Source of the DNA: the human T2T-CHM13v2.0 reference genome, Homo sapiens
DNA: 64,000 bases
Direction: 5' to 3' (one strand)
Assembly: GCF_009914755.1 (NCBI RefSeq)
Contig: NC_060941.1
The position numbers and the translations under genes are program-made. Below the pieces are notes generated by a model. It worked only from the letters and a program-made list of their open reading frames with translations. It was not told the origin of the DNA and ran no database searches. Within the stretch, counting starts at the first letter, position 1. Each line of letters opens with the position of its first letter. Positions 45,433 to 60,188 of the stretch are shown piece by piece.

Positions 45433-46327
45433 AGGGACATTGCATTTAATACAGAGGGATCACTCCTCGTGTAGTGTCCCTGAATTCTTCCATTGCTTAC
45501 AACATTCAAGTTTCCATGAGTGAAGAACTTTATTCTGCTTCATTATTTTTATTTATCCACTTTTTTCTTTGATATGCAGAGTGGCCCAAGAGAGCACAAA
45601 TTCTAAAGGTTGACAGAAGAGGGAGCACTTGTAACTTTGAAATAACAACAAAAAAGATATGTTTTTCCCTTTATATAATAGGGCTTTGTCTGTTTTTAAA
45701 AACTAGATCTTTTCCCAGCTGCGTGTCGCACCAGATGTTCTCTTTGTGAGGCTTGGGCATAGAAAGTCCTCCAAGGCCCCAGGCTCTCATTGCTTCCAGA
45801 ACACAGTCCTACTTTCTCCCATTCTGAATTTTTTTTAACACAGAACAATCCATTATTCTTACCACCATGTAGTCTGAAAGTCTGTATAATCCCCTAAGGG
45901 TAGGAAAAAACAAACACAAACAAGCTAGAAAGAAGATGATTGAAATAAAGTAAAGAGCTGGTAAATACGAAGGCAGGAAAAGAGGTAACCAGGGAAGAAG
46001 CTAGAGAACAAGGAAGAGGAAGTGAAGATAATGGGCTGAAAAGTCACAAAACAAAACAGCAAAACAATCTTCCCCTCCCCCCAAACTCTTTTCATATATT
46101 TTGTTTTCCATTATGCAAAACATTAGGTTTGATGGGCTTTATTTTCCCGTCAAAAAAACTTACAGATGCAAACAGAAAGGGAAAGTAAGACAAGGAGTGA
46201 TCCAGGTCTCGGCTCACATGCCTTTGCTGGCAGGTTGAGCCACACAAAATTTCCAAAAATTAACCCTTGACCTACAGAAATAGCAATTTTATATAGTTTG
46301 ATTCAATATAATTGCCAGTGAGATGAC

Positions 46328-46853
46328 TGTCACATGCGTCCATGTGAAGAGACCACCAAACAGGCTTTGTGTGAGCAATAAAGCTTTTTAATCACCTGGG
46401 TGCAGGCAGGTGGAGTCCAAAAAGAGAGTCAGCAAAGGGTGGTGGGATTATCATTAGTTCTTATAGGTTTGAGATAGGCGGTGGAGTTAGGAGCAATTTT
46501 TTGCGGGCAAGGGGTGGTTCTTACAAAGTACATTCTCAAGGGTGGGGGGAATATTACAAAGTACCTTCTTAAGGGCAGGGGAGAATATTACAAAGTACCT
46601 TCTTAAGGGCAGTGGGTGGGGGGAGGATATTACAAAGTACCTTCTCAATGGTGGGGAGGGTGTATTGTCACAAAGTTAATTGATCAGTTAGGGTGGGGCA
46701 GGAACAAATCACAATGGTGGAATGTCATCAGTTAAGTCAGGAACTGGCTATTTTCACTTCTTTTGTGGATCTTCAGTTGCTTCAGGCCATCTGGATGTAT
46801 ATGTGCAGGTCACAGGGGATATGATGGCTTAGCTTGGGCTCAGAGGCCTGACA
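46328..46853 (-). mobile_element. HERV-H 3' LTR (LTR7 family)
   Basis: Minus strand begins TGTCAGGCCTCTGAGCCCAAGCTAAGCCATCATATCCCCTGTGACCTGCAC; 4 copies of the TTACAAAGTAC repeat unit. Confidence 0.93.
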
Positions 46854-47359
46854 TTCCTGTTTTCTTATATTAATAAGAAAAATAAAACAAAATAGTGGTG
46901 AAGTGTTGGGGTGGTGAAAATTTTTGGGGGTGGTAGGGAGGGATAATGGGCGATGTTTCTCAGGGCTGCTTCAAGTAGGATTGGGGCGGCATGGGAACCT
47001 ACAGTGGGAGAGATTAAACTGAAGAAAGATTTTGGGGTAAGGTATGATATTGTGGGGTTGTTAGAAGGAGCTTTTGTGGTATAGAATGATTGGTGATGGC
47101 CTGGATGCAGTTTTGCATGAATTGAGGAACTAAACGGAAGACACAAGGTCCAAATAAAAGAAGGAGAAAAACAGGTATTAAAGGACTAAGAATTGGGAGG
47201 ACCCAGGATATCCAATTAAAGAGTGTCCAAGGGGGTTCAGCATAATTCTTTGCTTGTTTGGTGAGCTTTTGGGCTCTATCCTTGAGTTTTTTTTTTTTTT
47301 ATGTTGTCATATACCAGGCCAGATTGATTTAGGTAAAAACAACACTGTTCATTTAAAAA
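46854..47359 (-). pseudogene. env: HERV-H env TM C-terminal remnant and 3' untranslated segment
   Basis: Minus-strand translation FLNEQCCFYLNQSGLVYDNIKK, typical of the gamma-type TM after the CX6CC motif; disrupted by an expanded A-run. Confidence 0.8.
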
Positions 47360-47974
47360 TTAACCTTGACTATGCCTTTAGCTCCAGCCACCTCTTTAAG
47401 AGGAAATTGTTGGGCAGATGGGGGAGGGCTAGTCGTGGAACAAAACTGTAAGCCAGACCTGGTATGAGGAGGGGAGGTGATAGAAGGATTATAGGGTGGG
47501 GGAGTGGAGGCTGAGGAAGAATTGGGACCTGGCTCGGCCTGGTGAGGAGGAGCCTGGGGAGGAGGGGAGAGGTCAAATGAGTCCATAGAAAAGGAGGATT
47601 CAGAGGACTCAGAGCTTGGGGTGGAGACTAAAGGAACAGACAGGAGAGAAAGAAGAAAGATTTGGGATGAGTTGCATTGGGAGCAGAGACTAAGGAGGGA
47701 CTGATGTGTAAATGAATGCCTGGACATCAGGCACCTCAGACCATTTGCCCATTTTTCGACTAAAATTATGTAGGTCTTGTAGGATGGAGAAATCGAGAGT
47801 GCCATTTTCTGGCCATTTAGAGCCATTATCAAGTTTGTATTGGGGCCAAGCAGTGCTGCAGAAGAAAATAAGACCCTTAGGGTTTAGGTCAGGCAAGAAT
47901 TGAAGAGGTTTTAAATTCTTGAGAACACAGGCTAAGGGAGAAGAAGGAGGAATGGAGGGTGGAAGGTTGCCCAT
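47360..47974 (-). pseudogene. gag: HERV-H gag 5' part (MA, late-domain region, start of CA), frameshifted and truncated
   Basis: MGNLPPSIPPSSPLACVLKNL...WPQYKLDNGSKWPENGT from ATG at 47974; second frame has PPPY and FPLKEVAGAKGIVKVN. Confidence 0.9.
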
Positions 47975-48480
47975 AGTGAAAGAAGCAAGCCCAGAGAAAA
48001 GAGAGGGTAGAGACACAGAGGGTGGGGGTGGTACTTGCCACCCAGAGGAGGTGGTGCTTGCTACCAAGGTGAAGGATCAAGGCAGGCATCCCCATGGTGA
48101 TCAGATGCCTCTGAATGTGGGTGAATAATCAGGCAGGCATCCCCGCAGTGATTAAACACTAAGGGAAGACTGTCTTCCTGAGTTCGTGACCGGCACTGGA
48201 GTTTTGAGTTCATGGATAAAACACATCTTCTCTGTCTCTACCAGAAAGGGAAAGGAACTGAAATTAAGGAAGAGAGAGATTGAAGGGTGGAGGGATAGCA
48301 AGAGAGGTTGGCGAAGAGACTGAAAAGACTGTTTACCTGATTTGAAATTGGTGAGATGTTCCTTGGGCTGGTTGGTCTGAGGACCCGAGGTCATAGGTGG
48401 ATCTCCTCATGGAGTGAGGGCGAGGACAAGGGAACTGGTCTCCTGAAGGAGTCCTCCTGTCCCAGCTCTTCGGCACCAAA

Positions 48481-48973
48481 TGTCATGTGTGTCCGTGTGA
48501 AGAGACGACCAAACAGGCTTTGTGTGAGCAATAAAGCTTTTTAATCACCTGGGTGCAGGCAGCCGGAGTCCAAAAAGAGTGTCAGCAAAGGGTGGTGGGA
48601 TTATCATTAGTTCTTATAGGTTTGGGATAGGCAGTGGAGTTAGGAGCAATTTTTTTGTGGGCAGCGGGTGGATCTTACAAAGTACATTCTCAAGGGTGGG
48701 GAGAATATTACAAAGTACCTTCTTAAGGGCAGTGGGTGGGGGTAGGATATTACAAAGTACCTTCTCAAGGGTGGGGAGGGTGTATTGTCACAAAGTTAAT
48801 TGATCAGTTAGAGTGGGGCAGGAACAAATCACAATGCTGGAAAGTCATCAGTTAAGGCAGGAACTGGCAATTTTCACTTCTTTTGTGGATCTTCAGTTGC
48901 TTCAGGCCATCTGGATGTATATGTGCAGGTCACAGGGGATATGATGGCTTAGCTTGGGCTCAGAGGCCTGACA
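48481..48973 (-). mobile_element. HERV-H 5' LTR (LTR7 family)
   Basis: Homologous to 46328-46853; followed on the minus strand by PBS TGGTGCCGAAGAGCTGGG; 3 repeat units. Confidence 0.93.
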
Positions 48974-49319
48974 ATGACAATTTTGGGTACTGAGTATGTA
49001 GAAAGATCATATGTGTTACGAACAGATTTTAACCAGTTTGGTTATTACAATAACTAGCTTCTTTCTGGTAAATATCATAATATAGGTGATGTCCTAGCCT
49101 GTGGCCTGTTTGCATATGGCCCATGAGCTAAGAGTGGTTTTTATATTTTTATAGGGTTGTAAAAAGAAGGTGAAAGAATGTGCAACATTAGACCATTTTA
49201 GCCCACAAAGCTTAAATTACTATCTGATTGTTTACAAAGTTTGCAACCGATGGAAACTCCAGGTGCACCCAGATTGTTTCATTTTATTTTTTGCTCTTAG
49301 TATGATAATCACAACCTAT

Positions 49320-49470
49320 TGGGAACTAACTATGTGTCAGGCACTGTTCTAAGAATTTATATATTAATCTATTTAATCTTCACGAAATGCTGTATGCAGG
49401 TTCTATTATTATTCATGTTTTACATACCTGGATAGAGCTGGAATGGAGATTTGAACCCAGGACTCCTGCA
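49320..49470 (-). mobile_element. MIR
   Basis: CTATGTGTCAGGCACTGTTCTAAG...GAGATTTGAACCCAGG. Confidence 0.7.
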
Positions 49471-49514
49471 TGCTTTTAAACACTATGTTGAATTGCCTTT
49501 CAAGAAGTTCTTGC

Positions 49515-49660
49515 AGCTTACACCTGTAATCCCAGGGCTTTGGGAGGCTATGGTGGCAGGACTGGGGAGGGTTGCTTGAGCCCAGGAGTTTGAGACCAGG
49601 CCGGGCAACATAGCAAGACCTTGTCCCTATAAAAAAAAAAAGAGAGAGAGAGAAAGAAAA
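49515..49660 (+). mobile_element. FLAM/left Alu monomer
   Basis: CACCTGTAATCCCAG...TTGCTTGAGCCCAGGAGTTTGAGACCAG, then A tail. Confidence 0.85.
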
Positions 49661-50863
49661 AAAGAGGTTGATACAAGGGAGCTGTGAGACTTGTTCCTGG
49701 GGGAAGCTAGATTGATTTCTAAACTGATTTCTCATCTCAGCTCTTGGTACTCACCTGTTGAGAATTTTTGGCAAGTTATTTAACTGCTCTCTGCCTTAAT
49801 ATCTCTGTAAATGGAAGAAAACTGATTTTAAAAAAAGGCAAATGATTACAAAGAAATGAAAATGAGTTGTATCAGTGGAATGCAAATGATTATTATCCAA
49901 TGGATAGATCCTTCTCATGTCCTTTTGTACAGTCATTTCAGTTTTCCTCATCTGCCTGTGTATGTATATTCTCTGGAGTTCTCTCTTGAACTGGTTGTAA
50001 TCTCTTACTAGTTCCCTTATAAATCAGTGATTGAAATAAATTTTTTGATATGCTATTATTTTATATCTATATAAGGGTCATAATTATAAACTCCTTTTAA
50101 AATTATCTTTTAACACAAGAAACTATAATTTTCCCTCAATTTGCATGTATACTTTCCATTTGATTGGGACATTCTCTTTCCCCTTAAGGCAAAGCCGGAA
50201 GTAACCTGAGAATAGGATTTTGGTGTCAGTCTAATGTTCCCTTTAATGCCCTTTGCACATGGAGACGCTCAGTTCAACTCTTGAGTTGAAATTATGATGA
50301 AGGAGACAGACATTCTAAGAAAGAGGGTTGATGAACTAATTTCCAATCCCGTTTTAAATTCTTTACTGTCTGTAAGAAGATTCCTTACAAGACGGAACAT
50401 CAGATCTCACAGATCTCTCACTGAGGCTGGAGTGTAGTGGTCTTTTAGTAGTATTGTTATGTTAGTATTTACTGGATGCTTATTATGGAGTGCTAAGTAT
50501 GTACAAAGATACCTCATTCAGTTATCACTAAAACCCAATGTGGTAAGCACTTTTATTTCACAGATGAGGATATTGAAAAGATAAAAACTCCAAGATGATG
50601 AAAGGCAAAGATAATCCAGAAGGGTGCAGTAAACAAGACATGCAGCCATCTTTTACGTTTTTTCCCCACTTCAAAATCTTTTGTGTTTTTTTCTGGTACT
50701 TTGTTGCATGCTTTTTCCTTTATCCAATCCCTTTTCCCACCTTTCACTTCAGTTGCTAGAATAAGATATTCTGAATTTGCTAGATGTTGTCATTAGGTCC
50801 TTATTTAAGTGGTTTTGTAATCTTTGTTTTCCACAGAAATCTTTAAAAATTCTGTGGCTTCTT

Positions 50864-51211
<348 letters not shown>

Positions 51212-52447
51212 AAAATTCTGTGGCTTCTTTTCCATCGTTTGTTCATAACATTTCTATAAGAGGCTATCACATTCTGTAATGAGAGTGTTCTTTTGCTAAT
51301 ATCATTTAATATTTATGTATATAAGACAGAATAGATTATTGATGTAGTAATATGACAGCTTCTTATAGAAGCATGAGCAAGAAGTAATGAGCATGTTCTT
51401 TTGCAATTACCATTTTATATGTGTATGTATATATATATATATATAGTTTTGTCGGGATCGCTTGGCCATTATCATAAGAAAACGTGTTTTGATCAGTGGT
51501 GGTGAAGTATGTTGTTTATGTAAGTGAGTGAAGGAGATCAAGAAGTCACCATCTAGCCATGCAAGCTCCCAGGGGACCAGAACAAGGACGACAATGATAA
51601 CAACAACATAAACAACAACATTTTATGAGATTTTTCCTACATCTTGCAATGATGATGCTATTACCCTTCTTCCTTTAAGAGTCAAGTTTATCATAGTTAA
51701 TCTTGTTTTCATTTCCATCATTTCCTCATCTCCCACTTCTTTGCTAACAGTCTGCCAAGAAAGCTGAGTAGCAGACCTCCCAGAGAGAATGATACAACTA
51801 ACCATTTTGTAACCATGTTTGAGGTAAGAGAAAAAAATAGAAAAATACAATTCAGTTCAATACATTACACTTGGTCAAAAGCAAAAGAAAAGTTGGAGAA
51901 GTCAGAAAAATCACTTGCCCAAGAGATTAAAATTGCAAAATAGTTTGGAAAATAGTTGGCTAAATGCTTGGGAAATAAAGTAGTTAGAAGTTATACCTCT
52001 AATAAAGGATGTATAAAACTAAGAAATAAAAGAGAAAAAGGAGGTAGTAGTAGAATGGTGAATATTATATAGAAAACATATATAGAAGTACTAAATAATC
52101 TGGAGATTTAACATTGATAGTAAATCACACAATTGGAAAAAAAAGAAAGAAAAGTGGAGTTTGCAGAAAAGAGAAATGTTTGTACAATACATATTTGATG
52201 AAATCATTATTTAATATTTTGTTCTGTTTTCTGTTAAAAATAATTATATATTGTTGTCAACACTGAAAGGGTGGAATGTATAAAAATGTTTACATGAATA
52301 TTTGAAAAAGCCTTGAATATTTTCAAGGACAAAATACTTTATTTCTATGGAGACATAATTTTAGCAAACAATTTTTTTTCCGTAGTAGTGTTGCCAGAAA
52401 CAAAAGGAGTAAAAAAAAATTTCTTAAAGTTACTTATTACTCTATAA

Positions 52448-52658
52448 TAGGAGTTAGCAAACTTGTTCTATCAAGGACCAGATAGCGACTATTTCAGGCT
52501 TTGTGGGCAATATTGTCTCTGGTACAGATACTTAACTGTGCTGTTGTAGTTTGAAAACAGCCATAGACATTAATAAGTAAGTGTGGCCGTGTTCCAATAA
52601 AACTTTATTTATAAAAACCAGTTGATGGGCCATAGTCCATATAGTTTGCCAACTCCTG
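52448..52658. mobile_element. MER58A (hAT-Charlie)
   Basis: AGGAGTTAGCAAACT...TAGTTTGCCAACTCCT termini; GGCCGTGTTCCAATAAAACTTTATTT. Confidence 0.85.
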
Positions 52659-53078
52659 ACCTAGAATTTTATGAATCTGTAATCTAGATGCTTTGTGGTC
52701 ATGAGACCCACTTCATTGCCCTCCTGGATTTGCAGCTAAACTACGTTTTTCCAATCTCCCTTGTAGTTAGTTAGGTGTGTCGTGGGATTGGGTTCTGGCT
52801 AACGGAATACAGGAGAATGTGATATACACAGTTTCTGGTTCTGGCCCCTAAATCATCCCTGAAGAATCGCCATAGTTTCTCCCTCACCTGTTCCTAATAT
52901 TGTAACCAACTTAAGTTAGGCTGTTCGCCACTGGGAAGTCAAAGCATGAGAAGCGAGGTGTGGTCCAAGGAAAGCAGCTTATTCCAATGCTAGCAGATGG
53001 GAGAATGGCCCAGGCTTTAGTCTCAAGTGAACCATCTCAGATTCTGGGCTGAGAGCAGCTTTAAAAAAGTTGAGTCCA

Positions 53079-53404
53079 GGCCAGGTGCAGTGGCTCACGC
53101 CTGTAATCCCAACACTTTGGGAGGCCTAGGTGGGTGGATCACTTGAGGTCAGGAGTTTGAGACCAGCCTGGCCAACATGGTAAAACCCCGTCTCTACTAA
53201 AAATACAAAAATTAGCTGGGTGTGGTGGTGGGCATCTACAGCCCCAGCTATTTGGGAGGCTGAGGCAGGAGAATTGCTTGAGCCCCAGGAGGCGGGGGTT
53301 GCAGTGAGCTGAGATCACGCCACTGCACTCCAGCCTGGGCAACAGAGCGAGACGCTGTCTCAAAAAACAAAAACAAGACCCCAAAACAAACCAACAACAA
53401 CAAA
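53079..53404 (+). mobile_element. Alu (AluS)
   Basis: Dimeric Alu consensus. Confidence 0.96.
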
Positions 53405-53593
53405 AGGGGAAGTTTGGTGTGGGAAATATGCAAGAGTGATGCAGGGTGCAGGTCCACACGTCTTGCTCCTATGGCTATCTTCAGTTATTGTCAACCTGGT
53501 GTGTCAGCTGGCACCATCTCAGTTGCAGCCGAGCTGTAGATTATCCATCTTGAAGTGGGGAGAAGGGAATTTCTCCGTACCCCCATACCCAGG

Positions 53594-53909
<316 letters not shown>

Positions 53910-54414
53910 CCCAGCTTGTTTTAAAATTAGCCCCTGGAATTTCTTAACAAGCATATAGTTAGATAAGTGTGCATGGTGTGGTGGGAAAAGGAGGGAGAGA
54001 CAGTGTTCTAAAGTACATTTCAAGGCCATATTTTAAGACTAAGAGGGAAAAAGTTTTTTACAATTTGCTTCAAGGTTACACCCTGAGACTAGGGAGAAAG
54101 GACAAAAAACATTTTAAAATGCACTTCAAAGCTGAAATACTCAGTTACAATATGCTACAGAGCTTTTAGAGGACACTCAGAGGAGCCACGAGTCAGGCAG
54201 GAGCCCAAGTTCTGAAACACTGCTTAGAAGGGCACCAGACAAACACCTGAAAAGACTGTGACGTGAATGAATCATCAATCTTAATTTTGTTAAGTCATTG
54301 ATTTTTGCAGTTAGATGCTACAGCATTTATCCTACCCTGCTACTTGGCACACACTATTGTCAAGTAGATGATTTTGAGACACTGACCAAAATGCTAGTAA
54401 TAAAAAGGTGTAAC

Positions 54415-54780
54415 AGTATTATGTTCAGCTTCAGGCACAAGACAGAGTGGCTTAGACTGAAAGGCATATGTTAGTCTCACACTACAGGAAATCTGGGAGT
54501 AGACAATCCTTAGTTGTACTGTGGCTCAATAATGCTACCAAGGAGCAAGCTCTTGCTCTCCCTGCTCCTCTGTCCTTAACAATGGGCGCTGCATCCATAA
54601 TCAGTAAACCATTCAGGCAGGAAAAAAGAGGAATAAAAGAGGCAGCAACAGCAGACTTCTGGTTGTCTCATTGGTTGGCACGAAGTCCCGTGGACAGTTC
54701 TGGCTGCAAGATAATCTGTAGCTTTCTAGTTTCTGCACTAGAAAACAGCATAAAAGGAGGAGGTTGTAACTGACATTGAT
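54415..54780 (-). mobile_element. Old MaLR LTR (MLT1K/L-like) fragment
   Basis: AGTGGCTTAGA...TCTCACACTACAGGAAATCTGGGAGTAG...TCTCATTGG. Confidence 0.5.
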
Positions 54781-54919
54781 GACAGAATTTACAATATAGT
54801 TCAGTGTTTGAACCACACAAAAATACTTTTGGCAACAAAATGTTTTAGCTGGTAGACAAAACACAGAAATTGTTATTAAAACACCTCCTTCTAAGGAGCC
54901 TTTAAAAAATAAGACTTGG

Positions 54920-55220
54920 GGCTGGGCGTGGTTGCTCACTCCTGTAACCCCAGCACTTTGGGAGTTCGAGGAGGGTGGATTGCTTGAGTTCAGGAGTTCG
55001 AAACCAGCCTGGGCATCATGGCAAGGGCCCATCTCTACCAAAAATACAAAAGAATAGCTGGGCATGGTGGTGTGCACCTGTGGTCCCAGCTACTTGGGAG
55101 GTTGAGATGGGAGGATTGCTTGACCCTGGCGGGGTGGAGGTTGCAGTGAACCGAGATCACACCACTGCCCTCCAGCCTGGGTGATGAGAGTGAGACCTTG
55201 TCTCAAAATAAATAAATAAA
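54920..55220 (+). mobile_element. Alu (AluJ)
   Basis: GGATTGCTTGAG, TGTGGTCCCAG diagnostics; TSD AAATAAGACTT. Confidence 0.95.
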
Positions 55221-56355
55221 AATAAAGACTTACCAATTAATTAATAGCAGAACAAATCAAGAAATGATAGTTTATGAAGAAAAATTTTTACATAAATATA
55301 GTCGTAAATGGGTAAGATTTACTCTGGTGTCTGTATTTGCCTATTCCGTTACTGTGTTGAAGTTATAAATACTACAAAAGTATAGAGATAATTTTTAATA
55401 TTTAACTGACAGTGTATCTCTTTTTACTGAACAAAATGTTGTTGAAATAATATATCCATGTCAATTAATTATTTATTCTTTGGGAAATAGAGGATATACT
55501 TCCTAATTAACTTCCAATTTTCATGCATTTGTCTTAAGAACCAGATCTTCAGAGCATAGAATCAGTCAATGTTTACTAGTATCAGGAAAACATACGTTTC
55601 TTATTTTCAACATCATAATGGCATTTGCTAAGTGAATGTACTACTATGTAGTAAATTTGCGATGACAAGTCCATAAATACCCTATCTGAGATGCCAACAC
55701 CTTCTTTTGAGTAAAGACCCCCTGTATAGGTTAAGCTTTGTGGTTTTTCTCTGTGCTAGTATTATTCTGACCACAGTTCATTGTCTCATCATTAGCACCA
55801 TGGCTTAAAGGCACACATCTGTAGCCTGGATATGAGAGAGGCCAATGACCTTAGACAGGAGCTTGACCCTAGAGCTCTGAAGAATAAGAGAACTCCATAC
55901 TGGATATGGAAAAACTGTCTCAGTACATGACTCTCTAGAAAGTTTCTGAATGTGAGGCACATAGAAAGAAGGCAATAGCAGTAGGAAGAAGTTGAGGCAA
56001 TAGGACAAAACCATGAAAGAGAGGCTGACAGGAGAATCTTATGCCTTAAAGAAGAGAGCACGAGTTATCCAAATCACTCTCAATTGCTCTAAGGTTTCTG
56101 AAGCTTATTATTCATGAGACTGAAAGTGTGGCTGTGGAACATACTTCTATGTACCATTTTAGGATCTCCAAAGGGAAATCCTCACCCACCTCCCCAGAAA
56201 TCACACTTCTTCTCTGACTGGCTTTGAAATAAATTTAGAAGCAAAACAAGAGAGAAGCCAGTAGAGACCAAAATAACACCATTGCTGAGAAAAGATAAAT
56301 TGGGAACTGTTGCTTTGAGACAGAGAGAGACAAATGGACCCACTCAGACAGATCC

Positions 56356-56701
56356 TATTAGGGGTTGAACTGTGTACAGCCTCCAAAACTCATAGGCTGA
56401 AGTCCTGACCCTCAGTACCTCAGAATCTGACCTTATTTGGAAACAGGGTTGATGCAGATGTAATTAGTTAAGTTGGGATGAGGTCATACTGGAGTAGGGT
56501 GGGCCCCTACTGTGGTATGACTGGGGTCCTTATAAAAAGGAAAAATTTGAACACAGACACATATATAGGAAGAAAGCCATGTGAAGATGAAGGCAGAGCT
56601 CTACAAGCCAAGGACACCAGAGATGGTCAGCAAACCACCAGAGAGGCATGGAACAGATTCTCACTCACCAACCTCAGAAAGAACCAACCCCGTGAACACC
56701 T
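56356..56701 (+). mobile_element. MaLR LTR, MLT1C-like, 3'-truncated
   Basis: GGGTTGAACTGTGT...CAGTACCTCAGAATCTGACCTTATTTGGAAA...GAGGTCATACTGGAGTAGGGTGGGCCC. Confidence 0.85.
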
Positions 56702-56759
56702 AGAGGATCCAGATGAAGCTGTGGTCTAACTTCTGTGAAACTGAAAGGCTGCAGACTCC

Positions 56760-58200
<1,441 letters not shown>

Positions 58201-60188
58201 TGTGGTCCTGCAGCAGTTGTACCTGACACAGGCCCCCCAGCTCTGAACCCATAGAAGATGTCTTGGGCTCCTACTTCTAGTGGTTGGCACTGCTGTGATC
58301 CATGCTATTCCATGCAGAGGGAATCTCACTTGGGATTGGCAGTTGGGTCTTCCTGTTTGGCATTTTTGTGCAGATTTTAGAGCTAACACTTCGTGGTTTC
58401 CTCCTCTCCAGAATTAATTTCCAGCCACTACTGAAGCCTTGAACTTTGACCTCTGCCTCCCAAATTTCAGTAACATTGCTGTTTTCTTCTTAGGCTCTAT
58501 TCCCAGACTTGGCAAATATTGGAAATTTCTCTTAGGAGGAAATTTGGGTAAATATGGCAGTTACCTCATTTGAGTCCCTTCTTTCAAGGGTCATGTTCCA
58601 TCTAGTTTTTGTCTGCTTTGCTTGTTCTTCATTCCTTTAAATATTTCCCTTACCCTTACCTTAAAACAACTTGTATAATTATTATCATCAGGAGGTTTAA
58701 TCTGACACAAAGTGATAGTTTCATGATTGGAACTGGCACTCATTGATTAGGATGTAAGTGGTTCATTGCACTTGGAGAAATAAGACAGGACTTTAAAATT
58801 TGGCATGATAAATTATTTAGTTTCTCAAGTAAATATGAGACATTAAAGTATTTTTGTGTTTGAATTAACTTCAGTTACAGGGTTGATGCCATTTTGAACA
58901 TACATGAAAAGCTGGAAAGCACATGGCTTGTGGACTTCTGGTTCCTTTGGCAGTAAAGAGCACTTTGAGGACAGCAACCTGTCCCCAGTGTAGAGATGAA
59001 ATGTACTTGTAAGACATAATGTTAACACTTGAAAGCTGCCTTCCAATCTGCAGCCATTAAGAGTTTGCAATTCTCAGTCTGTTGGAATGCATTTCCAGCT
59101 AGTGCCTGCCAAGAAACATGGGTCAGATTCTCAGAAGACTGAGACATTTGGTGCCACCCAGGTGGCTGGAAGTGGAAAGCAATTATCTTATGGGTAGTGC
59201 AGGGCCACTGAATATCAAGCTTGTAGAACGCATTCTGGAATTGGAGGTCCATGGGCATTTGAAAAATCAGATGAAAAGATGGCATCCTTTGAAAATTTAG
59301 CTTGGCAAAACAAAGGAACAGTAGAAACATGTTCTTTATGTCAATTCCAGAGAAGTAATGCAGGGCTGGGAAGGAAACAGCTTTTGTAAAAGACTTTAGA
59401 TGACATTTTGATGATTTCAAGCTTTCAGGGATTTTTGTTGTTGTTGTTAACTTGTTTTTCAGTTTCGAAAAATTGGCAAAGGACTCTCAGATGTCCCTTC
59501 TGGGAAAGTTGTAGACATTACATAAGGCCCAAAAAAAGTTGCAAGCAAAGCCTTTTTAAAAATCTAAATAGCAGCACACAGTCAGGAGCTTTTTTAATTC
59601 TTTTTTTTTTCTAGGTAAGAATAGCTACTGGGTAAAGAAGAAGGAAGACAAATAAGGCTCTAAGTCCTGAGACTTCTTGCACCAATGTTACTTGTAGGTG
59701 TAGCTAATCAACTTCTAATACCTAGCACTAAGCCTCATTAGATCTTCCCATCATGAACCAAGAGTGCCCAGTATAAGAATTTAATTAAAATCCTGTTGTG
59801 TTTAGAAGCTGTAGGTTGTGGGAATAGCTTTTACTGTAAATCAGATGATACTCATATTCTGTACCTATAGTTTGGAAGGTTTGATAGGTCCAAACACGAG
59901 AAAACAAAATTTAACATTTACTCAGATTACTCTTATAGAAAATTGAAAAATTCTTTTATTTCTTTCACATTTCCATATTCCTAGCTTTAAGGATGCTCTT
60001 GCTTGACTTGAGATAATTTTAATGAAGGAATTTCACTATGAGGGAGGTCTTCCCTAACCAATCATTTTTCTGGGGCCGGAGATAAGATGAAAAATGTAAT
60101 ACACTATTCCAAAATTTGAGGAACTCACCCTCTAAGCTTGCTGTCTTCTTTTCTGCTCTAGGAATCCTCATGAACTTCACTTGGAATG

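Larger units (their letters stand above)
46328..48973 (-). mobile_element. Internally deleted HERV-H provirus (LTR-leader-partial gag-env tail-LTR)
   Basis: Two LTR7-family LTRs with TG..CA ends, 5-bp TSD ATGAC (46323-46327, 48974-48978), PBS next to the 5' LTR, PPT AAGAAAACAGGAA next to the 3' LTR. Confidence 0.95.

Noticed and set aside
50274-50291. Short palindrome TTCAACTC-TT-GAGTTGAA
   Set aside because: An 8-bp stem is expected by chance in 64 kb
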